A stretch of DNA of 63,968 bases, filler included, from Octopus bimaculoides (Eukaryota), in NCBI RefSeq assembly GCF_001194135.2. It is 5 parts of 5 records of this genome, joined end to end, with 100 filler letters (N's around TTAATTAATTAA, not from the genome) between each part and the next. Parts side by side here need not be neighbours in the genome. Positions count along the whole stretch, not along the records: positions 41,492 to 61,036 come from NC_068983.1; 4 more parts are not named here. One strand, written 5' to 3'. The stretch's first letter is position 1; every line of letters starts with the position of its first letter. Below the pieces are notes generated by a model. That model ran no database searches and was not told where the DNA came from. It saw nothing but the letters and a program-made list of their open reading frames with translations. A program made the position numbers and the translations under genes. Of this stretch, positions 43,109 to 54,247 are shown piece by piece.

Positions 43109-43510
43109 GTAGGTGGATTGATGTTGCATTATAGATTACATTGTCTGTATATTTGTGTGTGTGTGTATTGTTGTATTTTAGCTCCAATTGACCTATGATT
43201 GAGCAAAGCCATGATCAAATGTGTACATTACAATCATAAGGTCCCAATTTGATTCGGCTGCATCATTAGTAAGTGCCTGCTACTATATCCTTGCAATGGC
43301 ATGGCCCGAGGTTTGTAAGTGAAATTGGGGTAGACAGATGTAACTGTACTTGTAATTCAGTGGCCCAGCTTCACTGCAGTTTGTGTCAAGCTGGTTCTTT
43401 CTGAGCATTATGTTAAGAAGGGGCTGTGGAATATTTAGCCACTTAATTCAGTGAGTATGTTGGTCCATTATTTGAGTAACTTGGAACACTGTGTATATGT
43501 GTATAATAAA

Positions 43511-43897
43511 TGGCTGTGTGGTAAGTAGCTTGTTTACCAACCACATGACTCCAGGTTTAATCCCACTGTGTGGCACCTTGGGCAATTGTCTTCTGCTATA
43601 GCCTCGGGCCGACCAAAGCCTTGTGAGTGTTTTGGTAGACGGAAACTGAAAAAAGCCCGTCGTATATATGCGTGTGTGTGTGTATGTGTGTATCATCATC
43701 ATCATCATCGTTTAACGTCCGCTTTCCATGCTAGCATGGTTTGGACATATATATATGTGTGTGTTTGTGTGTCTGTTTGTCTCACCCCCCACATCGTTTG
43801 ACAACCGATGCTGGTGTGTTTGCGTCCCCGTAACTTAACGGTTCGGCAAAAGAGATCAATAGAATAAGTACTAGGCTTACAAAGAATAAGTCCTGGG
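43511..43897 (+). mobile_element. SINE family A with a short inserted RTE tail piece
   Basis: Similarity to 46312-46695; (CAT)n CGTTTAACGTCC at about 43690-43745. Confidence 0.8.
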
Positions 43898-44030
43898 NNN
43901 NNNNNNNNNNNNNNNNNNNNNNNNNNNNNNNNNNNNNNNNNNNNNNNNNNNNNNNNNNNNNNNNNNNNNNNNNNNNNNNNNNNNNNNNNNNNNNNNNNNN
44001 NNNNNNNNNNNNNNNNNNNNNNNNNNNNNN

Positions 44031-44077
<47 letters not shown>

Positions 44078-44343
44078 TCAGTAAATAGTGGGGTTATATA
44101 TATATAATATAATACACACATTTTAGAAGTACAAATTCAATAATTCCAGAGAACACTTTCTTGATGATTAGTCACCTGATGGTTGCATGTAAACCATTTT
44201 CATATATATACTATTCATGTGCTCATGCCTACATGTGTATACACACACACACACACACACATAAACATTTGAATGGTAGGGCTAACATGCTGCCTGGTTT
44301 AATACCACCACCTTGGATGCACAATATAATATTAGATGTATTG

Positions 44344-44577
44344 AAGGTGACAAGCTGGCAGAATCGTTAGCACACCAGGTGAAATGCTTAGTGATATTTC
44401 GTCTGCTGTTATGTTCTGAGTTCAAATTCCGCTGAGGTTGACTTTGTCTTTCATCCTTTCAGAGTTGATTAAATAAGTACCAGTTACACACTGGGGGTCG
44501 ATGTAATTGACTTAATCCTTTTGTCCTTGTTTGCCCCCTCTATGTTTAGCTCCCCTGTTGGCAATAAAGAAATAAAT
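44344..44577 (+). mobile_element. SINE family B
   Basis: Similarity to 15514-15718; further copies near 29990-30190, 37218-37380 (minus), 56120-56240 and 56444-56630. Confidence 0.8.
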
Positions 44578-45046
44578 ATAATATTAGAAGTACCGATGTT
44601 GCTAGTCTGGGCGCAGGACAGTAGCCTTGAGAAATCATGGCTGCTGTCCTTCGTCTCCTGACTAATTACTAAAGGTAGATCTGTAGACATGTGCATGTAA
44701 GTGCATGTGCAAAACCTTTGTCTATTTTCTACCTCAACTATAAGCAAGCATGTATGTGTGGTTTTTCCAATGATATTTTGTATTTTTGTTTTGTATTCCT
44801 TTCTCCTTCCCTTATCTGTTGTACAGAATTAACTTTATATACTGAGCCTGTATTATTTTAATTTTTTCTGTTTGGTTTCCTAAAATGGGTTTTGGTAACT
44901 TTGCCAATGAAATTTGTCATGTCCTGTTCTTTTTGTTTTATTGGTTTAATGGCCTTGTGGTTAAGAAATTCAATTTGCAATCACAGGGTTCTGAGTTCAG
45001 TTTCATTGCACAGCATCTTTGATATATATATATATTATAATAATAC

Positions 45047-45328
45047 AAATGATATGAGCATATGCATGTATACATACATATATGTACATACCTACATCTG
45101 CATGTATATATAGATGCATATCTGGGTACAGGACGTTAAAAAACGTGGACAAAAAAGGAACGGGAATTGTCCGTAAAAAAAGTCTGTTTTTTGTGCTTTG
45201 TTTATGTTCCCGTTCCTTTTTTGTCCACGTTTTTTGACGTCCTGTACCCGGATATGCATCTATATATACATGTAGATGTAGGTATGTACATATATGTATG
45301 TAAACATGCATATGCTCATATATCATTT
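45047..45328. repeat. Fold-back inverted repeat (about 120-bp arms), probable MITE
   Basis: 45047-45167 is a near-perfect reverse complement of 45207-45328, with a ~40-nt spacer. Confidence 0.9.
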
Positions 45329-45752
45329 GGATTATTATTTTATCGAACGCTACGCATCCTTTTGCAAGTAAGTTTTAACTATATATATATATATATATAT
45401 ATAATCTATATATCTATATATATATATATTTATAAGCACACATACACACATATGCAGTCATTTATTTCAGCTGGGTACTTATTTTATTAATCTCTTTGCC
45501 TAACCTGATAGTTACAGGATATAAAGGTGTGTCTTTTTCTTGTAGATGGTTGTCATGACTGCATCATGATGTAACTGTCACCACACAATCTCAAATCGGG
45601 TCACTTGCAAACAAAGTACGACTCTGAAATATAAAAGTTTATTTCTGTATATTTTCTTTTTACTCTGATAGTTTTTTTTTTCCGTTTAGTTTTAAAGATA
45701 TAAACAATAAAAATGTAAAATGAAATTTTTTTGCAAAAAAAAAATTCTTTAG

Positions 45753-45986
45753 ATTTGGAAGCTGATGTGGAATCACTTGATACCCTGAGTGATGATGAAT
45801 TGAGTCAAAGCGACAGCGACTTCTATATCGTACCATTACCAGACTGTTTCGATCCCATGAAACCCTTGCAGCCAAGAACATCTGAAGGTGCTGGTTCAAG
45901 TGAACCTCACTTGGACACAGAGCTTGGACCAGTGGACAATAACCATAACACCATAGTTAGCAATAACAACACTGAACATTCACCTG
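45753..45986 (+). CDS. NBR1: NBR1 coding exon containing the LIR region
   Basis: Acceptor attctttag, donor gtaagt; 234 nt, phase 1 to 1; contains SDDELSQSDSDFYIVPLPDCFD, which matches the vertebrate NBR1 LIR1 context (recalled as SEDYIIILPECFD). Confidence 0.9.
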
Positions 45987-46311
45987 GTAAGTTCTGACCC
46001 TTATAAGATATTTTAACACTTAGGATTCTGTCTTATTGTGTGTCGAATAATCCACTGGGTTATTTGAAAAGACTTGACATTCACAAGAGTTCTGTAAGAA
46101 GTGCTTGAGTGGAGGAAGCTTCCACATTTACGGCATGCTTTGTATTTGACTCCGCACCATCTGTTCAAGAGGAACATTGTGTCAATCTCACTGGTCTTGG
46201 AGAGCCTGTACAGGCTATAGGTACACATACCTACACACACACACACACACACACATGCACACCTTGCCCCTTCAGACTAAACTAATAAAGAAAAAAAAAA
46301 AAAGAAACACA

Positions 46312-46695
46312 GGCGCAGGAGTGGCTGTGTGGTAAGTAGCTTGCTTACCAACCACATGGTTCCGGGTTCAGTCCCACTGCGTGGCATCTTGGGCAAATGT
46401 CTTCTACTATAGCCTCGGGCTGACCAAAGCCTTGTGAGTGGATTTGGTAGACGGAAACTGAAAGAAGCCCGTCGTATATATGTATATATATATATGTATA
46501 TGTGTGTGTTTGTCCCCCTAGCATTGCTTGACAAACGATGCTGGTGTGTTTATGTCCCTGTCACTTAGCAGTTCGGCAAAAGAGACCGATAGAATAAGTA
46601 CTAGGCTTACAAAGAATAAGTCCTAGGGTCGATTTGCTCGACTAAAGGCGGTGCTTCAGCATGGCCACAGTCAAATGACTGAAACAAGGAAAATA
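46312..46695 (+). mobile_element. tRNA-derived SINE family A, near full length
   Basis: Head GGCGCAGGAGTGGCTGTGTGGTAAG...GGTTCAGTCCC, internal (TA)n/(TG)n, tail CAGTCAAATGACTGAAAC; many copies in the window. Confidence 0.85.
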
Positions 46696-46896
46696 GTAAA
46701 ATAGGAAATAGTAAAATAGACTGGCTAAAACTCTCCACTTCCACTGAACCAAACTATATTCACAGGTAGTGGACCCATAATCTTATGAAATATTATTGTC
46801 ACCTTTACAATGCTGTTACATACAATGTGGGTTACACTGTCTTATGATATTGGCTTCCAGCTTACTTATAACTAATGTTAGTTGTTATTGATGTGA

Positions 46897-47190
46897 AGGC
46901 GCATGGTTCAGTGGTTAGATCATCGGGCTCACAACCATGAGGTAGTGAGTTCGATTCCCAGACTAGGCTGTGTGTTGTGTTCTTGAGCTCAGCTGTAGAA
47001 ATGAATTGTGACATCACTGGTGCCAAGCTGTATCGGCCCCTTTGTCTTTCCCTTGGATAACATCAGTGGAGAGGAGAGGCTGGTATGCACGGGCGACTGC
47101 TGGTCTTCCATAAACGACCTCGAAGGGTAACTTTCTAGGTATGATCCCATCATCATTCATGGCCGAAGGGGGACTTTACCCTTGTTATTG
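46897..47190 (+). mobile_element. SINE family C
   Basis: Head GGCGCATGGTTCAGTGGTTAG...GAGTTCGATTCCC; related pieces at 545-735 (minus), 10300-10575 (minus), 26204-26330 and 42480-42680. Confidence 0.7.
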
Positions 47191-47280
47191 ATGGCGTTTT
47201 TTTTTAAAAAATTTAATGTAAATTCTTTGTTTAATACTAGCTATTGTAATTGCGATGGCTTTTTCTTATTCTTATTTCAG

Positions 47281-47833
47281 CATCTGCAGCATCTGTGGAT
47301 GAACTGATGACCTGTGCTGATGTTAACTTTCCTCCGCCTCTCTTGCACCCAACACTGGCAAACACAGACTGCAATAAAGAAGTGGAAGCTGCAGCAGGAG
47401 GCAAAGCGGCTGCCTCCTCTCCGAGTGGTGACAATATCATGCAGCCATTGCTTGCTCATTCAGGCATTTCGGCTGCAGGTGCTGCTGCAGCTGGGGACTG
47501 CGTTGAGCCCACTTCTAACAGGAGAGCCCACCACCACCACCACCACCAGCAGCAGCACCACCACCACCACCACCAACAGCAGCTTCAGCAGCAGCGGGAA
47601 CATCACCAGCAACAACAGCAGCAGCAACGGGATCAGCAGCAGCAGCAACAGCAGCAGCAGATGCGGGAGTACCAACAGCAACAGCAGCAGCAGCCACAAC
47701 AATCTGCCGGTGCACCTGCCGAATTGGGCCACTGTGCCATGCCGGAACAGCCTGCAACAGGCCCATGTGACATTAATGCAGCAATTGCTGCTGACAGAGA
47801 AGATCCTTTACACAGGGATACATTAGCTTCAAG
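47281..47833 (+). CDS. NBR1: NBR1 coding exon with poly-His/poly-Gln tract
   Basis: Strong acceptor ttttcttattcttatttcag, donor gtagac; 553 nt, phase 1 to 2; open, GC-richer frame between the LIR exon and the helix exon. Confidence 0.85.
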
Positions 47834-47943
47834 GTAGACATCATGTCATTTGAAGGGCAAATAATTCTCTTCATTTATTCTCTGTGTGTTTGCATAACAA
47901 AAAAACAAAAAAAAAACCATCTTTAGCATGTATGTTATGTATG

Positions 47944-47974
<31 letters not shown>

Positions 47975-48337
47975 TGGCTGTGTGGTAAGTAGCTTGCTTA
48001 CCAACCACATGGTTCTGGGTTTAGTCCCACTACGTGGCACCTTGGGCAAGTGTCTTCCTCTATAGCCTTGGGCCGACCAAAGCCTTGTGAGTGGATTTGG
48101 TAGACGGAAACTGAAAGAAGCCCGTCGTATGTCTATGCATGTATATATGTTTGTCCCCCTAGCATTGCTTGACAACCGATGCTGGTGTGTTTATGTCCCC
48201 GTCACTTAGCGGTTCGGCAAAAGAGACTGATAGAATAAGTACTAGGCTTACAAAGAATAAGTCCTGGGGTCGATTTGCTCGACTAAAGGCGGTGCTCCAG
48301 CATGGCCGCAGTCAAATGACTGAAACAAGTAAAAGAG
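47975..48337 (+). mobile_element. SINE family A
   Basis: High similarity to 46312-46695. Confidence 0.85.
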
Positions 48338-51300
48338 TATGTATGTGTTGTATGTATGTACTTTATGTATGTATGTGTGTGTGTGTATCCGTGCACACTT
48401 GTATTTTGAATAGTAATGTTTGGGTATAATATATGTATGTATGTATGGTCTTCTGTTTAACAGTCAATATCAATTCTCATGTGTCACTGTAGGATAGGAA
48501 TTCAATACAACAAAATACTTCTAGCTATACACTAAAACAATTTTTTTTTTAAAATTAAAACTGGATAAACCTCAACTAAGGTGGAATTGCTATCCGTTTG
48601 CTTTTCTTTAAAATTTTGTTTGTTAGCCCTGCTTGTCATAAGCTCAAAATTGTTTGAGATAAAGTCTAGAAGTATATTCCTAAATAGAATTATCAGAGAC
48701 TGTGACTCTTAATTATTTAAATACTGGCAAAAAGGATTTCTTAATAAGTCTTGACATCCTTAGGTTCTTTTTCTCTTGCGTGAATATGTATGTATACATC
48801 AGTGTGTGTGTATATGAAAATTCTAACATAAACAGGAAAACAGAAGGCTCTGATGTTTCTTCCAATGTGCCTTCATATATATATTTATATGATTTTTATA
48901 TGCATATATAAAAACCTTATCTAATCAATGACAATCATTTTAATAATTATTATTAGATGTGATTTATAATCCCAAAATACAATTGTAGAAACTGTCTTCT
49001 GTGTGCAATTGTAGGATAATATCTAGTTTGAGTTCAAGTTTATATCTGAGGCTCTGTTTGAGAATTATAGATTCTGATTCTGATTGAATATTCTTATGAT
49101 CAACAGCATTTTAACCATGATCCTTTTCTCATTTTGTTTTTGTGCATAACATGTCTAAAACTGCACTATCCAGTATGCCTTCCTTTTTAAGATAACATGT
49201 AATTTTAGGATTTGGTTTCCATTTCTGTCAGCTTGTGTAATTTCAGAGATCTCTTTCTCTAACGTACATTTGATTTCAAATGCCTCAGGCATGGCATGAC
49301 GTTTAAGTATTTCTAACTCTCTCTACCTTTATCAGTAACAAGGTTATCAGGCAAGTAACCTTTAAGTTAAACCAACAGTAAAAAAGATTGAACTGTTTTT
49401 ACATGGAAGTCTCTCAGAGTTCATGTTGTTTTGCCTCCTGTCAGTTTGAATTGAGTTGGCCTAATTTCTTGATCAGTGAAATTGTGTTAGATTATTTTAA
49501 AAACATATTGTCAAGGTCTTATGGTCTGTTCTCCATGTTCCTTAAGTTTTTGTTTCTAGTTCTTTCTATTTCTAAGTAACCAATTTTGTTTTTGTTTAAA
49601 CTTACTTGTAGATTTATAAAGAACTGCTTTTGAAATTGTTGATGGTAACTAAATAGAATATAGAGTGAGATGCACTCTATAATTTTTATGATTGAAATCT
49701 CTAACACTTTTTGTAATATTATGTATGATGACTTATTTTCTTTTTTTTGTGTTCATTTCCATTTTTCTAACTGATTTTATGATAAAATCAGAAAGAGATA
49801 TTTTTGACTAATTATGTTTTGGTTAGTATTGGATTGTCTTGTGTTATATATTCTGGCTCTTTTACTTTCTGAGTTCAAATCCTGCTAATGTCAACTTCAC
49901 TTTTCAGTGTTTAGGAGTCAGTCAAGTATTGGGAGTCATTGTATTCAACTAACCCCTTCTCTACTCCAAAACTGTTGACCTTGTACCTAGAAAAGAAACT
50001 GCTATCAATGCTAATGCTGACAAGGTGATGTGGATTGATAGGAATGTTTCTGAATAGCTGAAAGAAAAGTAAAAGTAATTGTATAGCTTGCTTTTATTGC
50101 TCTTTCTGTTAACTCAATAAAAATAAACTTTAGTGTTTCCTCACACCTCCCCAAATACTGACTAATAGACACAAACCTTGCAAAATCTCAATTCAAGTTA
50201 ACTGAAGTTCAGAAGAAACATTTTGAATCCCTCGATTCAATATTTTGCACTTAATGATTCCAGTGAGCTTGCTTTCAACTTTTTAATTTTCTTCCTTTCG
50301 TTACATTTAGCTAGTTATACACTAGAAACTGTTACTCTGATGTTCAGTATTCATTTCTGAAAAGACATAGAAAAAAAAGAAAGAAAAAGCTTAGAAATTT
50401 GAAACTATCAATGAATTAGTAGCAGGATTTAAGTGGTTTTTCATTTCTTGGTATCCTCTTGAATGATGATACTCTTATAACTTCTAATTTGTTTTGAAGT
50501 TGTACATGTTAGATGATTTGATTGGATATTGTGTGTTGGAACTGAAACAATTCTATCTTGGATGAATCATGTTAGACATTTAAAATACACGTTTTATAAG
50601 AACAAGTGTAAAATAAGACATGACCCCCATCACCAAGTACTTTTTATGTAAACTATTAATCCATTAATCTATTTTTACTATGCAGTTTTTTTGGAAGCAA
50701 AGATATATATTGTTAGCATTTACTATAAAAGAAACCTGTCTCTTCTCTTCTTATTTTAAACTGTAAAGAAAAAGCCCTAAAAATATCTGAATAAAGTTTT
50801 ACTCCCTTTTAAAATGTGTTTTGGTTATGGATATATATTAAGAATTTCTAGGTTGTGATTTTTACAGGAGTTTCATTAATAGCTCATCATTATTACCACC
50901 AACTTTACTTACACCAATTCTTTATAATAATTGTGGGCTAAACACATTATGCCTTTTGTTCAGAGTTTTCTCCTTGAAATTCCCTTCTAGTTCTTGTTTT
51001 GTAGAACTTGGAGTTAACCGCTTATATATGAAGTACATTATAATAGCAGTTAGTGAAAATTAGTCCACCTTTGTATGTGTTTGTGTGAGATAAATTGGAA
51101 GTACTTCTTTCAAGCATGTGTTGAAATTATGATTATAATTTTTATTTAGAAAATTCCCACTTCTGAGTTTAGATTTTCAAGTCTATGTACCTCCTTATTA
51201 TACTGTTAAAACTACAAGAATTTTCCAAAATCTCTACATTTGTAATATTAATCACATAGTTGTGACCATTTGGAACATTTTTTTAATCAATTAAAATTGT

Positions 51301-53199
51301 TACGCCCAAGTACAATTCGATTCAAATATATACAACATAGAGATATACTTAGCTAATAACTTTTCCAGTGGTTCAATATCTAGAAAAAAATAGGCAAAAT
51401 CAAAAATATAGATCTAGACCAAATATTGCTTGCTTTTAATATAACCTTGGGCATTTAATATAAAAATCTTAATTTTCAGGCCTCTGTTCCAACATTTTGG
51501 CCATGACTGTAAATCTAAAACTTGGTTTCATGTGTTCTTTATTATTCTGGCTTCATTGCACTTCAAATGTTGGTGCTTGCTTGGCAGTTTCAAACACATT
51601 TCTTCATGGTCAACATATGTAAAGGTCATACATGAAGCTGCTGCTTTGACAAAGCTCCAAACAATAAAAATTGTTTGCATTAAGAAAGCCTCCATAATGT
51701 ATCCTCCTACATCATGTATAAATAATTTTGTGGAGGATGTTAGATCTATTTATGAGTGTTTTCTTATTTAGATTTTTGTTTAAGAAGTATGTGTGTATAG
51801 TATCCAGCTAACTGAGCTACATCTGTTGAGACTTGTGCAGGTTGAGTTGATACAAACCATATTCCAACTTTGGCAATGGTCATATGGTTAAATACATTCA
51901 TTAATTATTCTCATGTGGCACTTCTGGGATAATAAACACACATATACATACCCACCCACATAGATAAAAATTACCACTCTTGAAAACTTGAAGAAATTGT
52001 AATAGTACTTACACTGTGTGTATGTATGAGAGGGTATTTGTTTTTCTCAAAAAAAAAAAAAAATCATAACCAACAAAGAATATTACTTTAGTTACATTTC
52101 AAAAGTCTGTCATATGGTCATTGCTGCTATATAATTTTCTATGCTTGTGACATGAACTAATTCATTTTGCTATTTTAAATGCTATATTTTAAGTTTCTCC
52201 CAAACAATGGAAAAAAACTCATTTGAGTTGTTTTGTTATTCAAGTCTACATTTCAAAGGAATCTTGTATACATTTGATATTTTCGGTTAACAAGTACAAA
52301 GAATAGATGTTATTTTACGCATTTCTTCATCTACAGATGCCTTTTATTTCCTGTGTAGGATTTAACAGGTTGAAATTTGTGTAATACTAATGTTTCTACC
52401 ACTCCCAACTCCCACCACCTTTACCAAAATGATTTGAACTGAGAATCAGCCAATGCTTGTAGGCTTACTTTGCAGAGAAATTTATGCTGCACCATCTAGT
52501 CAATACACAAAAGCTTTGTGCGTTATATACATACATATATATATATATTAGTTTTACTTTCATTTCTCCATGCTATATATGTATATATAAGCAGGCATGC
52601 ATATATCACCGATTGAGTTAGGGATATCACCAGAAGACCCTGCAGGTACAACTGAAGGATTTTGTGAAAGAACACCTCAAGAGTTGTTTGTTGTGCCTTT
52701 CACCCAGAACAACAGGAAACTTGTCTGTCTGACAAAACATGTAAATTTTTACTGCTTCTAGTGATAAGCAACATGTTCCTTATGGCAACTGTTTATATAG
52801 GCAAGTACCTGCAGCTTGAGAGTACACAGTATTTTTACCATGAGCAAAGATGCAGTACTAATGAGGTGTGGGGGGGGGGACTGTTGGCGATGCTGCCTGA
52901 CAACCAACTGTGAATTTCTCTCACACACACTTAACTGCAAAAATTTGGTTTTATGATGATCATAATTCTTTTTCCTGATGTGTATTAGAAATGTGTCATG
53001 TTCTCAACTGGCTGTTAAAACCAGTTTGTCGTGCTGGACCATACATTGTCAAAGAACATAGTGTGTGTGTGTTTAGTTATATTTTATGGATTTAATGTTT
53101 TAGAAAAGAAATTCTACTTTCACTAATTCAAAAGCTCATCTGAAACTCAGATTTGTTGACTCAGAAAAAGCAGGGTCTTCTTGTTAAAACATCAAATAT

Positions 53200-53522
53200 C
53201 ATCATCATCATCGTCATCGTTTAACGTCCGCTTTCCATGCTAGCATGGGTTGGACGATTTGACTGAGGACTGGTGAAACCAGAAGGCTGCACCAGGCTCC
53301 AGTCTGATTTGGCAGAGTTTCTACAGCTAGATGCCCTTCCTAACGCCAACCACTCAGAGAGTGTAGTGGGTGCTTTTTACGTGCCACCGGCACGAAGGCC
53401 AGTCAGGCGGTACTGGCAATGGCCACGCTCAAAATGGTGTATTTTATGTGCCACCCGCACAAGAGCCAGTCCAGGGGCACTGGCAACGATCTCGCTCGAA
53501 AGTCCTTACACATGCTGCGGGC
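53200..53522 (-). mobile_element. RTE 3'-end fragment
   Basis: (CAT)n CGTTTAACGTCCGCTTTCCATGC...; reverse complement of the 33230-33390 tail. Confidence 0.8.
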
Positions 53523-53813
53523 NNNNNNNNNNNNNNNNNNNNNNNNNNNNNNNNNNNNNNNNNNNNNNNNNNNNNNNNNNNNNNNNNNNNNNNNNNNNNN
53601 NNNATATATATATAATGTTCTTAAATATGAATATTGTTGATAGTGACTTTGAAGTTTTGGATAGTTGAAACCATCACCAGACTGCAGTCCAATGATGGGT
53701 TAACTGACTGAAACTTCATCACTATTAAGAATAGACCTGTACTCTACAGATGTATAGAGTAACCCCTCAGATTAATGTAAAATTTTTTTCACTATCACTA
53801 AACATAAAAAAGA

Positions 53814-53844
<31 letters not shown>

Positions 53845-54247
53845 GAGAGAGTATCTAGGCATAAAAACTATTCAAGCTCTATGTGATCCTCATCCAATCT
53901 GTTTCAGCATGTAAGATATATTGAATAATGATATCTATCAAATTAAGTTGAACAATGATATGTGATAGGAAAGTTTTTCTTTTTTATCTAACCAACTCTG
54001 TCAGCTGTTTTCTACTTCCTATTTTTGAGCTATTATACTTCTATTTTTAAGACATGAATACAAAGGGTTGATGAAATTGTTAAGAGCATCAGAAAAATGC
54101 TTTGGGTTATTTATTCCAGCTCTTTACATACTGGGTTCAAATCCTACTGTGAACAAGTTTGCATTTTATTCACATAAGATAAAGTACCAGTCAAATACTG
54201 GGGTCAATGGAACTGACTAACAGATTCTCCTTAACATATGTTGGCTT

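Noticed and set aside
48836-48866. Alternative phase 2-to-0 NBR1 micro-exon (RKTEGSDVSSN)
   Set aside because: Weak donor (gtgcct); the 56698-56809 exon has much stronger sites and a meaningful product.
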